Below are positions 9,432 to 19,387 of a DNA stretch of 64,000 bases, piece by piece. Origin of the DNA: an uncultured virus (IMG/VR IMGVR_UViG_3300004097_000004). Its lineage: Duplodnaviria; Heunggongvirae; Uroviricota; Caudoviricetes; Schitoviridae. The notes beneath the pieces were generated by a model, which saw only the letters and a program-made list of their open reading frames with translations, ran no database searches and had not been told where the DNA came from. The stretch lies in the IMG/VR virus record IMGVR_UViG_3300004097_000004. The stretch is one strand, 5' to 3'. How positions within the stretch are numbered: position 1 is the first letter of the stretch; each line of letters starts with the position of its first letter. The translations under genes were made by a program, and so were the position numbers.

Positions 9432-9704
9432 ATGAAATTGAACCTAAATGAGAAGCAATATATAGCCCAAAGATTCCGTAACGGGGAGCTGCCTGAAGAC
9501 ATTGCAATTGATGTTGGTATCAGTGTAAATGCTGTTAAAAGAGCACTCGCTGATGTTAAAGAAATCAGCCTATCTTGGTACAAAACCAAAGATCAACATG
9601 CCTTGTTAGAGCGTCTGGAGAAGCTAGGCATACATAGTGTCACTGGTTTAAACAACCACTTAAACAAGCTCACTTTTGGAACCAATCCCCTTAATGAGTC
9701 GTAA
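9432..9704 (+). CDS. HTH DNA-binding protein
   Basis: PEDIAIDVGISVNAVKRAL helix-turn-helix pattern. Confidence 0.7.
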   Translation: MKLNLNEKQYIAQRFRNGELPEDIAIDVGISVNAVKRALADVKEISLSWYKTKDQHALLERLEKLGIHSVTGLNNHLNKLTFGTNPLNES

Positions 9705-9963
9705 GATGCAAATTCTTGACTCAGTGATGCAGCACTTCGTAGACCAACCAGACATGCCTATGGACTACTTAATCACTGAAACATGCAGAAAATACTGTGA
9801 CAGTATATTAAGGTCGCAGTTCAGGTCTATAGCTAGTGAAAACCCTGAAGTAAAGAAAGCCTATGACTTAGTAAAACAGACTTTCTTGTACCCTGAAAAT
9901 AATGTGCTAGCAGACTTACTGGAAGAAGCCATATTACTCAAACGTATAGATAGTCTACTTTAG
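9694..9963 (+). CDS. LxxLDxxL-tail family protein 7
   Basis: Ends ILLKRIDSLL; start codon uncertain. Confidence 0.8.
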   Translation: MSRKMQILDSVMQHFVDQPDMPMDYLITETCRKYCDSILRSQFRSIASENPEVKKAYDLVKQTFLYPENNVLADLLEEAILLKRIDSLL

Positions 9964-9971
9964 GAGACATT

Positions 9972-10262
9972 ATGTACAGCACAGAGGAAATAGTAGCTTT
10001 AATTATGGCAGAAGATAGGGATATTGATTCTTCTATATCGCCTAGAGTTACAGCTACATACTGGATTGCAGATTTACATGAATACTTGGGTATAACCTTA
10101 GATGTTATGAAACAAGTTTCTAAATTTAGCAAACTTGATGAAGATACTGAAATGTTTAAAAGACTACAGTACCTTCATGATGTACTGTTGAACCCTTATG
10201 CCGCACTTAATGAACAACTGGCAAATGCTATAAAGCTGATTCTCTTGGACGACATTCTGTAG
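9972..10262 (+). CDS. LxxLDxxL-tail family protein 8
   Basis: Ends IKLILLDDIL; AGGAG RBS. Confidence 0.8.
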   Translation: MYSTEEIVALIMAEDRDIDSSISPRVTATYWIADLHEYLGITLDVMKQVSKFSKLDEDTEMFKRLQYLHDVLLNPYAALNEQLANAIKLILLDDIL

Positions 10263-10271
10263 GAGTCTACT

Positions 10272-10586
10272 ATGCGTAGAGCTAACTTCATTAAGGTACT
10301 GAGACATACAACTCCAGAGGTTGTAGCTGATCAGTTATTTAAAGAAGCACATAGAGACTACATGGATCACCTGTACTCAGATAATTATGATGAATACATA
10401 ATATCCTTATTCAGTGCTTATAGAGAGCAAAACATAAAGTATGTACGTAAGTTAGTAAGAGAGGGTCAATCTAACAAAATGTTAGTCACTATTGCGATAG
10501 TTAATCTAGTGCCTATTGAAGGATGCCCTTTATACAACGCACTCATAGAGTGTATCCACTTAAATAAAATTGATAAAATACTATAG
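10272..10586 (+). CDS. LxxLDxxL-tail family protein 9
   Basis: Ends IHLNKIDKIL; AGGAG RBS. Confidence 0.8.
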   Translation: MRRANFIKVLRHTTPEVVADQLFKEAHRDYMDHLYSDNYDEYIISLFSAYREQNIKYVRKLVREGQSNKMLVTIAIVNLVPIEGCPLYNALIECIHLNKIDKIL

Positions 10587-10592
10587 GAAATA

Positions 10593-11606
10593 TTGCACAT
10601 GAACATCACACTTAAGCAAGTACAACCACTAATTGAAATGGTTTGGTTTGGTAAGAACCCACACACACCTTTCATGCATTCATCACCTGCTATTGGTAAA
10701 TCTTCAGTAGGTCGTCAGCTAGCCAAGAAACATAATTTGAAGTTCATTGATCTACGATTAACTGAGATGGATCCATCTGACTTTAATGGTTTACCCGGTT
10801 TTAGTGAGGGTATTGCTCGCTTCATGCCTTTTGACACATTCCCAACAGAAGATACACCTATACCAGAAGGTTATAGTGGTTGGTTAGTCATGATGGATGA
10901 GATGAACTCAGCTGTGCAGGCGGTGCAAGCCGCGGCATATAAATTCACTCTTGATCACATGGTAGGTCAGCATCGCTTACACCCTAAGCTATACAAATTA
11001 GCTGCAGGTAATCTTGAGTCAGACAATGCAATTGTATCTCCTATGAGTACAGCACTGATCTCACGATTTGCTCACTTCTATATTGATTACAATCATGAAG
11101 ATTGGATGGAATGGGCAGCAGGTAAGATTGATATCCGTCTATACAGCTTCTTTGGCCGTTTCCCTAAGTATGGGTATATGTTTAATGCAGACACAGACAA
11201 GCCATATAGCTGTCCACGTAGTATTAACATGCTGTCCGATGCAACCACCGATAACCAGTTAAACAGTGAGCACAAGCCACTTATAGCTTCATATATTGGT
11301 GATGGTGTTGCTACTGAGTTCATGAGCTTTTTACAGCTCTATAAAGAATTGCCAAGTTTTGAAGAAATCATGGCTGATCCTACAGGCCATAAACCAAGTG
11401 ATAATATGAGTGTACGTTGGGCCACAATGGGCCTAGTAACTCACAATATTGATATGGATAATGCACACCTATGTGAGCAACATTTACGACAGTATGCCCC
11501 TGAGTTGCAGGTATGCGCTTTACGTGATATCAAAGCACGTAATCCAACGGTATTAGCTGCCAAACTCCGTGACTGGCGTATCATGTTATCCCGTGAAATC
11601 ATGTAA
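10593..11606 (+). CDS. MoxR-like AAA+ ATPase (N4 gp24-like)
   Basis: Walker A variant SSPAIGKS, IDLRL, Walker B MMDEMN, AAGN sensor, ALISRF arginine finger. Confidence 0.88.
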   Translation: MHMNITLKQVQPLIEMVWFGKNPHTPFMHSSPAIGKSSVGRQLAKKHNLKFIDLRLTEMDPSDFNGLPGFSEGIARFMPFDTFPTEDTPIPEGYSGWLVMMDEMNSAVQAVQAAAYKFTLDHMVGQHRLHPKLYKLAAGNLESDNAIVSPMSTALISRFAHFYIDYNHEDWMEWAAGKIDIRLYSFFGRFPKYGYMFNADTDKPYSCPRSINMLSDATTDNQLNSEHKPLIASYIGDGVATEFMSFLQLYKELPSFEEIMADPTGHKPSDNMSVRWATMGLVTHNIDMDNAHLCEQHLRQYAPELQVCALRDIKARNPTVLAAKLRDWRIMLSREIM

Positions 11607-11616
11607 GGAATAAACC

Positions 11617-11907
11617 ATGAACATTATAGATGAATCAGTAAAGTTAGTTTTCTCAAACGTAGACTTACCTACAGGTGTTAATGTTCATGTATTTATTGTG
11701 TCCACATTCCTGAGAACCTTAGAAAAGTATTCTAATACTATTGAGGTTCTTGAGAATAGGGAACTACATGAGATGTGTGAGTTTGAAGAAATACACATGA
11801 ACTTGGATCGTCTGTTGGCGCTCAACAAAGACAATGAAGTTGATAAAGAATTTCTCACAGCTGCTGAAGAGTATATGCGGCTAAAAGCTATGGATAAGAT
11901 GCTATGA
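11617..11907 (+). CDS. LxxLDxxL-tail family protein 10
   Basis: Ends MRLKAMDKML. Confidence 0.8.
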   Translation: MNIIDESVKLVFSNVDLPTGVNVHVFIVSTFLRTLEKYSNTIEVLENRELHEMCEFEEIHMNLDRLLALNKDNEVDKEFLTAAEEYMRLKAMDKML

Positions 11908-12209
11908 ATATGCAAATGTCAGACAGTGAGTTAGCTGTAGTAATTTACAAATTCCACAAGAATACTGGATCTATGCTATCTGATTATGCAAGTCTTACCT
12001 TTGCTAAATCTGTGCTGAGTAAATACTATATCTTCATTACCAATCTTCTTGTACATGAGATGCAGTGTGAAAGTATCATCAATCCTGAACACTTAGACAC
12101 CCTAATATTTCTTGATAGATACCTGTATCAACAGTTACATGGTGATCAAGCTTTAGTTCATGCTATCGCAGAGGAGATCAAGTTAAACCAATTGGATGAC
12201 TTACTATGA
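11904..12209 (+). CDS. LxxLDxxL-tail family protein 11
   Basis: Ends IKLNQLDDLL; ATGA-coupled. Confidence 0.8.
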   Translation: MNMQMSDSELAVVIYKFHKNTGSMLSDYASLTFAKSVLSKYYIFITNLLVHEMQCESIINPEHLDTLIFLDRYLYQQLHGDQALVHAIAEEIKLNQLDDLL

Positions 12210-12520
12210 AAAAGTATGTAATGCCTAGTGATAAGGAACTCGCTGCACATATGCTAAAGATTTATTACCTTGGTTTATACCAAAGTATGCCAGCAATCCC
12301 TAGTGACGCTGTTTACATCATTCTACGTGATTATACAGAGTATATGGGTAGGGCACTAAGTGTTATGCGAATACAGAACCTACTTACTGATGACGCTACA
12401 GCCACTTCTACTATGTGTCTCAAGTATGTAACAACCAGTCTACGTAGTAAACAAGATACTAATCTCAAAAGAGAATTAACTGGTTTAGTTAAACTTGAGT
12501 ATTTAGATAATCTTTTATAG
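12206..12520 (+). CDS. LxxLDxxL-tail family protein 12
   Basis: Ends VKLEYLDNLL; ATGA-coupled. Confidence 0.8.
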   Translation: MKKYVMPSDKELAAHMLKIYYLGLYQSMPAIPSDAVYIILRDYTEYMGRALSVMRIQNLLTDDATATSTMCLKYVTTSLRSKQDTNLKRELTGLVKLEYLDNLL

Positions 12521-12549
12521 TTAAACTTTTTAAAACATAGGTAAATATT

Positions 12550-13665
12550 ATGCATACTAAAGAAGTATTAGATAAGGCCTTGTCAGTTGCCAAAATTGAC
12601 ATGATGAAAATGAAGAACACTGTCTTTGTTAGCACTGTTATGTGTTCACTAGATGCTTTCTATGATGACAAAGTACCTACTGCTGCTACCAACGGTAAGT
12701 ACATACGTATTAACCCACACTTCTTTATGGCACTACCACCCACTCAGAGAGTCTTTCTACTAGCCCATGAGACAATGCATGTTGTGTACACTCATATGCT
12801 ACGTAGAGGTGCCAGAGATCATGAGAAGTTCAATATCGCTGCAGACTATGTAATCAATTATGAGCTTGTCCAACAAGGATTAGAGTTTATACCTATTGGT
12901 TTATACGATGAGAAATACAGAGGTATGAGCACAGAAGAAGTATATGACCTACTGCCTGACACTTTACCTAATAATGGTATGGGTGGTGATATTGAAGAAC
13001 CTGACAATGAAGAAGAGGCCGTAGACGTTCAATCTGATGTAGAGAATATAATTAGCAGAGCTACCCAGTTAGCTGATATGCGAGGTGCAGGCGGGTCAGT
13101 ACCAGAGTCTGTAAGACGTATGCTTATCAATATGACAGAACCAAAAGTTAACTGGCGCCATGTCACTCGCAAGTTCTTTACAACTTTAGACAAGCATAAT
13201 TACACTTGGTCCAGACCTAATAGACGATACCAAGAGTTTTACCTACCAAGCGTTCGTAAAGATGTATCTCTAGATAAGATCACCTTTGCTTTAGACGCAT
13301 CATGCAGTGTTACTAATAATCAGTTTGACCAATTCATATCTGAAATATTAGCAGTGTTTAAAACACTCAAACCAAAAGTTATTGAGCTTATGCAGTTTGA
13401 CCACCTATTGCAGAGCGTAGAAGATGTGAAATCTCTAAACCAATTACTCAGTGTTGAGTTCAAGGGTAGAGGCGGTACACGACCTATCGTAGCTATTGAA
13501 GCATTCATGAAATCAAGAGACTCTAAAGCACTCATTGTCATTACTGATGGTGAGTTTGGCACTAACCTACCTAAGCCTAAACAGCCTGTGGTTTGGGTAA
13601 TATTTAATAACCCACGATTTAAAGCCCCTTATGGGAAAGTTATTCACGTTGATATACCACGTTAA
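12550..13665 (+). CDS. Metallopeptidase + vWA domain protein (DUF2201-like, N4 gp25-like)
   Basis: TAATNG, HETMH zincin motif, NIAADYVIN; MIDAS DASCS...GGT...ITDG. Confidence 0.9.
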   Translation: MHTKEVLDKALSVAKIDMMKMKNTVFVSTVMCSLDAFYDDKVPTAATNGKYIRINPHFFMALPPTQRVFLLAHETMHVVYTHMLRRGARDHEKFNIAADYVINYELVQQGLEFIPIGLYDEKYRGMSTEEVYDLLPDTLPNNGMGGDIEEPDNEEEAVDVQSDVENIISRATQLADMRGAGGSVPESVRRMLINMTEPKVNWRHVTRKFFTTLDKHNYTWSRPNRRYQEFYLPSVRKDVSLDKITFALDASCSVTNNQFDQFISEILAVFKTLKPKVIELMQFDHLLQSVEDVKSLNQLLSVEFKGRGGTRPIVAIEAFMKSRDSKALIVITDGEFGTNLPKPKQPVVWVIFNNPRFKAPYGKVIHVDIPR

Positions 13666-13676
13666 AGGAAAGACTA

Positions 13677-14930
13677 ATGATTGTTTTAAACAAAGATCAA
13701 ATGCAAGCCAAGAATAGGCTTGTTGAGTTTATTGAAGGTAATGAGACTAAGCCAATTATTCTTACTGGTTCAGCAGGTACAGGTAAGACTTCTACTATTA
13801 CTCAGGTAATTACAGATATCCGTGAGCTTGAAAAACTTGACGGTATTTTGGATGATAACCCTAAAGCACGTAAATGGTTCTTCACTGCCACTACCAATAA
13901 GGCCAAGCAAGCTATTCAAAAGAGTTTGCCTAATCAGGAAGTGAACACCATTCACTCATTACTGAACTTGCGACCTTACCGTGGTTACTTAACACACAGT
14001 AAGAATGCTCAAGATAAGATTGGGCAACACCCTGCAGTGCTTATCATTGATGAGTGTTCATATATTGATAATAAGCTGTTGGAGTTTATCTCTGACCTTG
14101 TACCTAAAAATGTGAAGATTATCTATATTGGTGATGCTAATCAGCTCACACCAGTTAAGTCTGATCACTGTCCAGTATTTGAGCAAGGTTATGAGTTAAT
14201 CAAACTAACCACTCTAGTACGCCAAACCAATGCACCAAAGATTGGTGACATCTGTGAAGCCTTTAAAGCATTCATTGAGTCAGAAGGTTCTATACCATTC
14301 CCTAAAGTCACACTTAGTGATGAGATCAGCTATTTAGATAATGCAGCCTTTAATCAAAAAATTGAAGATGTGTTTATTACAAATGAAGAGCTGACCCTAC
14401 ACAACCGTGTACTGGCAGGAACTAACGCTGTGGTACAACACCACAACAAGAACCTCTTTCAGATGGCTAACGGACGTACAGAGCTTGTAGGAGGCGATAC
14501 TGTAGTTAGTAATAACTATGTGAAAGGTATCAAGACAGATGAAGAAGTTATCATCATAGATAAGTCAGTGTACAAGTCAGCAATAGACTTCTGTAATGGC
14601 ACCATATTCCACATACAGAGCATGTCAGCCACAGCTGAGGTGTTTGTACCAGACCAACCTAAACAGTGCTTAAAACGCCTTATGGAGATCGTAGATGACC
14701 ATGACTCTCTATATGCACGTGAAGCCAATCAGTTATATGACTCAATGGCTGATCTACGTCCTCTGTATGCAAGTACAGTACACAAGAGCCAAGGTAGTAC
14801 GTTCAAGAACGTCTACATTGATTTAAGCTCACTATCGTATGTGCGTGATCCAGTGGCACTAGCCCGCCTAATCTACGTATCATTCTCACGTGCTTCTGAG
14901 CACATTTACTTAACTGGAGATATTGGATAA
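13677..14930 (+). CDS. SF1 Dda/RecD-like DNA helicase
   Basis: GSAGTGKT, TIHS, IIDECS, GDANQLTPV, TVHKSQGST motifs. Confidence 0.92.
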   Translation: MIVLNKDQMQAKNRLVEFIEGNETKPIILTGSAGTGKTSTITQVITDIRELEKLDGILDDNPKARKWFFTATTNKAKQAIQKSLPNQEVNTIHSLLNLRPYRGYLTHSKNAQDKIGQHPAVLIIDECSYIDNKLLEFISDLVPKNVKIIYIGDANQLTPVKSDHCPVFEQGYELIKLTTLVRQTNAPKIGDICEAFKAFIESEGSIPFPKVTLSDEISYLDNAAFNQKIEDVFITNEELTLHNRVLAGTNAVVQHHNKNLFQMANGRTELVGGDTVVSNNYVKGIKTDEEVIIIDKSVYKSAIDFCNGTIFHIQSMSATAEVFVPDQPKQCLKRLMEIVDDHDSLYAREANQLYDSMADLRPLYASTVHKSQGSTFKNVYIDLSSLSYVRDPVALARLIYVSFSRASEHIYLTGDIG

Positions 14931-15241
14931 TGTTTAAACTAGATCCTTTATGGGAACAGAAAGCCATGGAGCAACAGACCCATGCTCAAAATACTAAAGC
15001 ACACATTGGTAAGATGCTAGAGGATGGTTGTACCTACATACCCGCTATTGCATACAACTCTGACAATGGGAAGTTTAATGTACTCATTGTTAAAGAGGAA
15101 AATGATTTTATTGACAGTAATGGTGATGCATGGGATGCAGCCTATCCTGTAAACATCTACGGTAATCCAATGAGTCTTTATGAGTATGAGCGTATGAAAT
15201 ATGACACGCTTAAAGATAATGGCTTAAAACATTCTAAGTAA
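14930..15241 (+). CDS. Hypothetical protein
   Basis: Coupled ORF; FIDSNGDAWDAAYPV motif. Confidence 0.65.
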   Translation: MFKLDPLWEQKAMEQQTHAQNTKAHIGKMLEDGCTYIPAIAYNSDNGKFNVLIVKEENDFIDSNGDAWDAAYPVNIYGNPMSLYEYERMKYDTLKDNGLKHSK

Positions 15242-15274
15242 TTCACACACGTTTAATATCTGAGGAAAGACAAG

Positions 15275-15769
15275 ATGAAACGACCAACACGACGTAAAAG
15301 AAGTAAAGAGGTTAAGACACTTTTAAGTCCTTACACCATTGCTTGTAGGGTGTATGGGGCAGTAAGTAGAGATGTATCTAAAATGCTTACAGTGATTTAC
15401 AACGAACAAGTTACCGAAATGCAATCTCCTAATTTCTTTTATAAAGGTGAGACTTACATCATTAAAAACAGCTTACCTGTTAACTCACTGGCAGTCTCTC
15501 TAAGACCTGATTTAGATAACTACTTACAATCATTAGCAGCTATTGAGTCAGTGATTAAAAGTTTTAAGTTTGCACTATCAAGACTTATATCAAGCGGGGT
15601 AGAATACCCTGATTTATACTATGTGTTCCCTGAGAGTGCTCATCAATATCTTGAAGGTATTGAACCTGTACCTAAAGACCCTGACTACGTAGCAGATATC
15701 CTAAGCAAGCCGGATATAGCTGAAGTGCAGACACTGGTTAAAGAACAAGCACTCTACGAAATGATCTAA
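15275..15769 (+). CDS. Conserved-position protein upstream of DNA polymerase (N4 gp38-like)
   Basis: Synteny helicase - ORF - polymerase; FFYKGETY motif. Confidence 0.6.
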   Translation: MKRPTRRKRSKEVKTLLSPYTIACRVYGAVSRDVSKMLTVIYNEQVTEMQSPNFFYKGETYIIKNSLPVNSLAVSLRPDLDNYLQSLAAIESVIKSFKFALSRLISSGVEYPDLYYVFPESAHQYLEGIEPVPKDPDYVADILSKPDIAEVQTLVKEQALYEMI

Positions 15770-15776
15770 GGAAGCT

Positions 15777-17520
15777 ATGAAACATTTAACCTTTGCAGGC
15801 AATCTCAAAGAAACCTATACAACCGCTATTCTTATTAAAGAAAAGTATTTTAAAGGGGACAGAATAGCCCAACACTATGTTGACCCTTTAGTGAAATTAG
15901 ATGTTGAACGTAATTCAATAATTGCGTTTGACTTGAGTTACCCAAATGACAAAGTAACAGCTACTAAGGCCAAAGAATATCTTGGATACTTGTTACCGGC
16001 CTTAGTTAAGCTAGGTGTCACAAACATGTTAGTAGCTGATGCAGCCTACTTTAAAATTCTCACAGGCTCTAAGAAAGCTGAGCAACATACTGGTTATGTA
16101 TTGCCTTGTACCATTAAAGGTTTTACTCACATGCATGTGTCTTACTGTATTAATTACGGTGTACTCATGCATAACCCAAACCAAGTTACTAAACTGGACT
16201 TATCTATACAAAGTATGGCAAAGCATCTTAAAGGTGTGGATATTGCTCTAGGGGATTCAGTACTTGTAGACCCTCAGTATTACCGTAACCTACGTGTACA
16301 GGATGCACAACTAGCCTTAGAACGTTTAATGCATAAACCAATGATAACCTGTGACATTGAGACTTATGGTTTACGTATTGATGAAGCAGGTTTAGGTAGT
16401 ATTGCTTTCTCTTGGAACCAGACAGAGGGTGTTTCATTCTTTGTAGGTAACGATAGTGCATCAATGCGTTATATCAAACAGTTCTTTGAACGTTACCGCG
16501 GCAAGATTATCTACCATAACGCTACCTTTGATATTAAACATATCATCTACAGTTGCTTTATGAAGCACTCACTAGACCACGTAGGTATGTTACATGGCTT
16601 AGATGTGATGACTCGTAATATTCACGACACCAAGATTATTGCTTACCTAGCTACCAATAGCACAGCAGGTAATGAACTTGGCTTAAAAGTATTAGCACAG
16701 CCTTACTTAGGTAATTGGGGTGTAGATGTAACGGATATTACTAAGCTGAGTATGTCTGAGTTATTACGTTATAACTTAGAAGACTGCGTAGGTACTTACT
16801 ACGTATTTAATAAGTATTTCCCTATGATGCTGAAAGACGATCAGGAGTCTATCTACAATGAGATTATGATACCTAGTGTCAAACTGATTGTTCAGATGGA
16901 ACTAGTAGGTATGCCTATGGATATGCAGCAAGTGCATGCCACTGAGAAGTATCTACAAGACCTTGAAGCCAAATATTTAGATGTCATCATGACTGATAGC
17001 AATGTACTCAAAGCCAAGCATCTTATACAGGTAGCTGAACTGGCTAAGATCAATGCCAAGTTAAAAACTAAACAGCACGGTATGGATAAGGTAAGAGATT
17101 TACCATTCAATCCTAATAGCTCTAATCAGTTGATTGTACTGTTGCATGAAGTCTTAGACTTACCTGTAATTGATACAACACCTACTGGTGCACCATCCGC
17201 AGGTGCTAAGACTATTGCTAAGCTGAAGAACCATACCAATGATCCACAGGTGAAGATGCTATTAATAGCTCTCATGGATTTGGCTAAAGTTACTATCTTA
17301 CTCAGCACCTTTATCCCTTCGTTCCTTAAAGCCATGCCTAAAGCTAACTGGCACTATCTACATGGTAGTTTCAATATTGGTGGAACACTCAGTGGTAGAC
17401 TGTCTAGTTCTAACCCGAACATGCAGAATATTCCTAGTGGTAGTACTCACTCTAAACCAATTAAACAATGCTTTAAACCTCCTGCAGGTTGGTTATTCCT
17501 TGGTGCAGATTTTGCAAGTT
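15777..17520 (+). CDS. Family A DNA polymerase, N-terminal chain, exon 1 (3'-5' exonuclease, thumb, start of motif A)
   Basis: DIET (ExoI), HNATFD (ExoII), YNLED (ExoIII), TLSGRLSSSNPNMQNIP, GADFAS-L. Confidence 0.93.
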
Positions 17521-18354
17521 TAATTTCTAGACGAGCAGCATAGAAATATGCTGTGTTAAATCCTTTGAAAACGGTGGAAGTCTCTCTGAGATAATACCGT
17601 GTGAAGGCTTGTATTTCTATCTTCTTTCTGTTAAAGTCTGACTTTACCGATGGAGGATAGAGTTATGGAACAAATCATTAAAGATTACCCTGCTTATAAA
17701 ATTACTGACAATGGTGTTATTTACAGCCGTTTTAAGTATAAAACTTCAATCATCATAGATGAGTGGAGAGAGGTTAAGCAGATTTATGACAAATCATGTG
17801 GTTACTACATAGTTACTTTGTGTGATGGTAATGGTAAAAGACAGAATAAGAGAGTCCATAGACTGCTCTTAGAAGCCTTTAAACCTAATCCACTAAATAA
17901 AGCACATGTTAATCACATTGATGGTAATAAGTTAAATAACTCATTAGATAATTTAGAATGGGCTACAGCTTCTGAAAATGCTAAACACGCAGCAGTCACA
18001 GGTTTATGTGATGAAAGACGTAAAGCAACAGAGGTAGCTATAGTACAGATGGATATGGACTACAACGTAGTTGCGGAACATATTTCATTACATCAAGCAG
18101 GTAGAGATACTGGAATAGCTTGGCAAAACATATCTAAAGTAGTTAGGAAATTACGTCATACAGCAGGTGGTTTTAGATGGGAATACAAGCAACATGTAAC
18201 GACTATCCCATAGGGGAGTAGGGCCAAGTGGTCCGAAGCGGAGGACACCTAAACACATAATGGTGTAGGTGAAGATATAGTCTGAACTATATGGCGACAT
18301 ATAGCAGTGGTTAAGATCACGGGCACAGCCTAACGAACTGTGCTGAACACATTG
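17521..18354 (+). mobile_element. Group I intron (834 nt) in DNA polymerase motif A
   Basis: Exon ends in U17520 and intron ends in G18354; splicing restores DFAS-L-EDRI; P1 GTT|TA-ATTTC-TAGAC with U.G; P10 TTCTA/TAGAA; core GACTAT ... GAAGATATAGTC. Confidence 0.92.
17650..18213 (+). CDS. Intron-encoded HNH homing endonuclease
   Basis: VHRLL...VNHIDGNKLNNSLDNLEW; C-terminal NUMOD1-like AGGFRW. Confidence 0.92.
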   Translation: MEDRVMEQIIKDYPAYKITDNGVIYSRFKYKTSIIIDEWREVKQIYDKSCGYYIVTLCDGNGKRQNKRVHRLLLEAFKPNPLNKAHVNHIDGNKLNNSLDNLEWATASENAKHAAVTGLCDERRKATEVAIVQMDMDYNVVAEHISLHQAGRDTGIAWQNISKVVRKLRHTAGGFRWEYKQHVTTIP

Positions 18355-18608
18355 TAGAAGATCGTATCAACGCTCTACTGACCAAAGATACCAATAAGCT
18401 AAAAGTTTACACTGATGGTTATGATGGTCATGCACTACGAGCACATAGTTATTGGGGCCACTTAATGCCACGCATTCAACAAGCAACAGAGAATGAACAG
18501 TGTTATAAGGTTGGTAATACCTCGTTCAAAGCATCAGATACTATTACCCATAAAGGTACTAAATATACTGGTTTTGAGTTCTTTAAAAAATTTGGAGATA
18601 CACAGTAA
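18355..18608 (+). CDS. DNA polymerase N-terminal chain, exon 2
   Basis: Hand translation (L)EDRINALLTKDTNKLKVYTDGYDGHALRAHSYW...FGDTQ*; not in the ORF track; spliced product is 665 aa. Confidence 0.88.
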
Positions 18609-18886
18609 TGATTACACATCAAAAAATGGGTATGAATGCCCACAGAGTCCATATAGGTAAGAATAGTTATATGCTATTTTCTTTTGACACTTTAGTTGCT
18701 TTCAAAGAAAACAATGTGTTGTATGAAGATGAGTATAACTACTCCCGTACTACCAATAAACATATCTCACAGTACGCTCAAGGCTACACAGATATTGTAA
18801 CTCTAAGCCAAGATTCTTTGGTGAATAGAGTGCGTACGTTTATGGCTCTTGAAACTATAGAAAATTTTGATGAGGTGCTGCTATGA
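18608..18886 (+). CDS. Hypothetical phage protein
   Basis: TAATG-coupled to polymerase exon 2; FSFDTLVA...YSRTTNKH motif. Confidence 0.75.
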   Translation: MITHQKMGMNAHRVHIGKNSYMLFSFDTLVAFKENNVLYEDEYNYSRTTNKHISQYAQGYTDIVTLSQDSLVNRVRTFMALETIENFDEVLL

Positions 18887-19074
18887 GCATAGAACGTAAG
18901 TTAATGTCTGTTGAGATTAGTGAGACACGCACATATAACGTCTACGTGCATGCAACAGGTGATTTAGATGCAGAGCAACAGGCCAAGGACATAGTAGGTC
19001 ATGGCCTTATTAAACACACTGTAGTTGATATACAGTGCTTTCCGGAGGTGTATGATGCAAACGTACCCCATTAA
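18883..19074 (+). CDS. Small hypothetical protein
   Basis: GAGG RBS, coupled ORF. Confidence 0.6.
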   Translation: MSIERKLMSVEISETRTYNVYVHATGDLDAEQQAKDIVGHGLIKHTVVDIQCFPEVYDANVPH

Positions 19075-19222
19075 AGTAATAGAGACTAGTGAAGGTCTAC
19101 TATTAATAGAAGCAGAGTCTGAAGCAGAAGCGATAGCTATTGCGGAAAATGATTACTCTCGTGGTCATTGCCCTATGCACACCAGTAACGCAACATACAT
19201 TTATGATAAGGATGCAGAGTAA
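19052..19222 (+). CDS. Small protein, DpnD/PcfM-like (VIET...IEAESEAEA)
   Basis: GGAGG RBS; motif resemblance only. Confidence 0.55.
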   Translation: MMQTYPIKVIETSEGLLLIEAESEAEAIAIAENDYSRGHCPMHTSNATYIYDKDAE

Positions 19223-19223
19223 A

Positions 19224-19379
19224 ATGGAAAACTTTACAGAGTGGTATGCTTTATTGTCTGACATAGCAAGTTCACACGGTGAAAGTGTGTCAGATGTTGA
19301 TGCTTGGCGGGAAGATTACGACATAGGTTTATTACCTGAAGAATCTTTCTACAGTGAGTACCCTGAACACAAACAATAG
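19224..19379 (+). CDS. Small acidic hypothetical protein
   Basis: ATG directly after the previous stop. Confidence 0.55.
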   Translation: MENFTEWYALLSDIASSHGESVSDVDAWREDYDIGLLPEESFYSEYPEHKQ

Positions 19380-19387
19380 AGGTAAAT

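Noticed and set aside
17521..17543. Polymerase pseudogene or frameshift ending ISRRAA*
   Set aside because: Those codons are read-through into the intron; splicing restores the frame.
15275..18886. ORFs 15275..15769 (VKEQALYEMI) and 18608..18886 (IENFDEVLL) as additional tail-family members
   Set aside because: They lack the invariant L(-8)/D(-4)/L(-1) register, so they were not counted.
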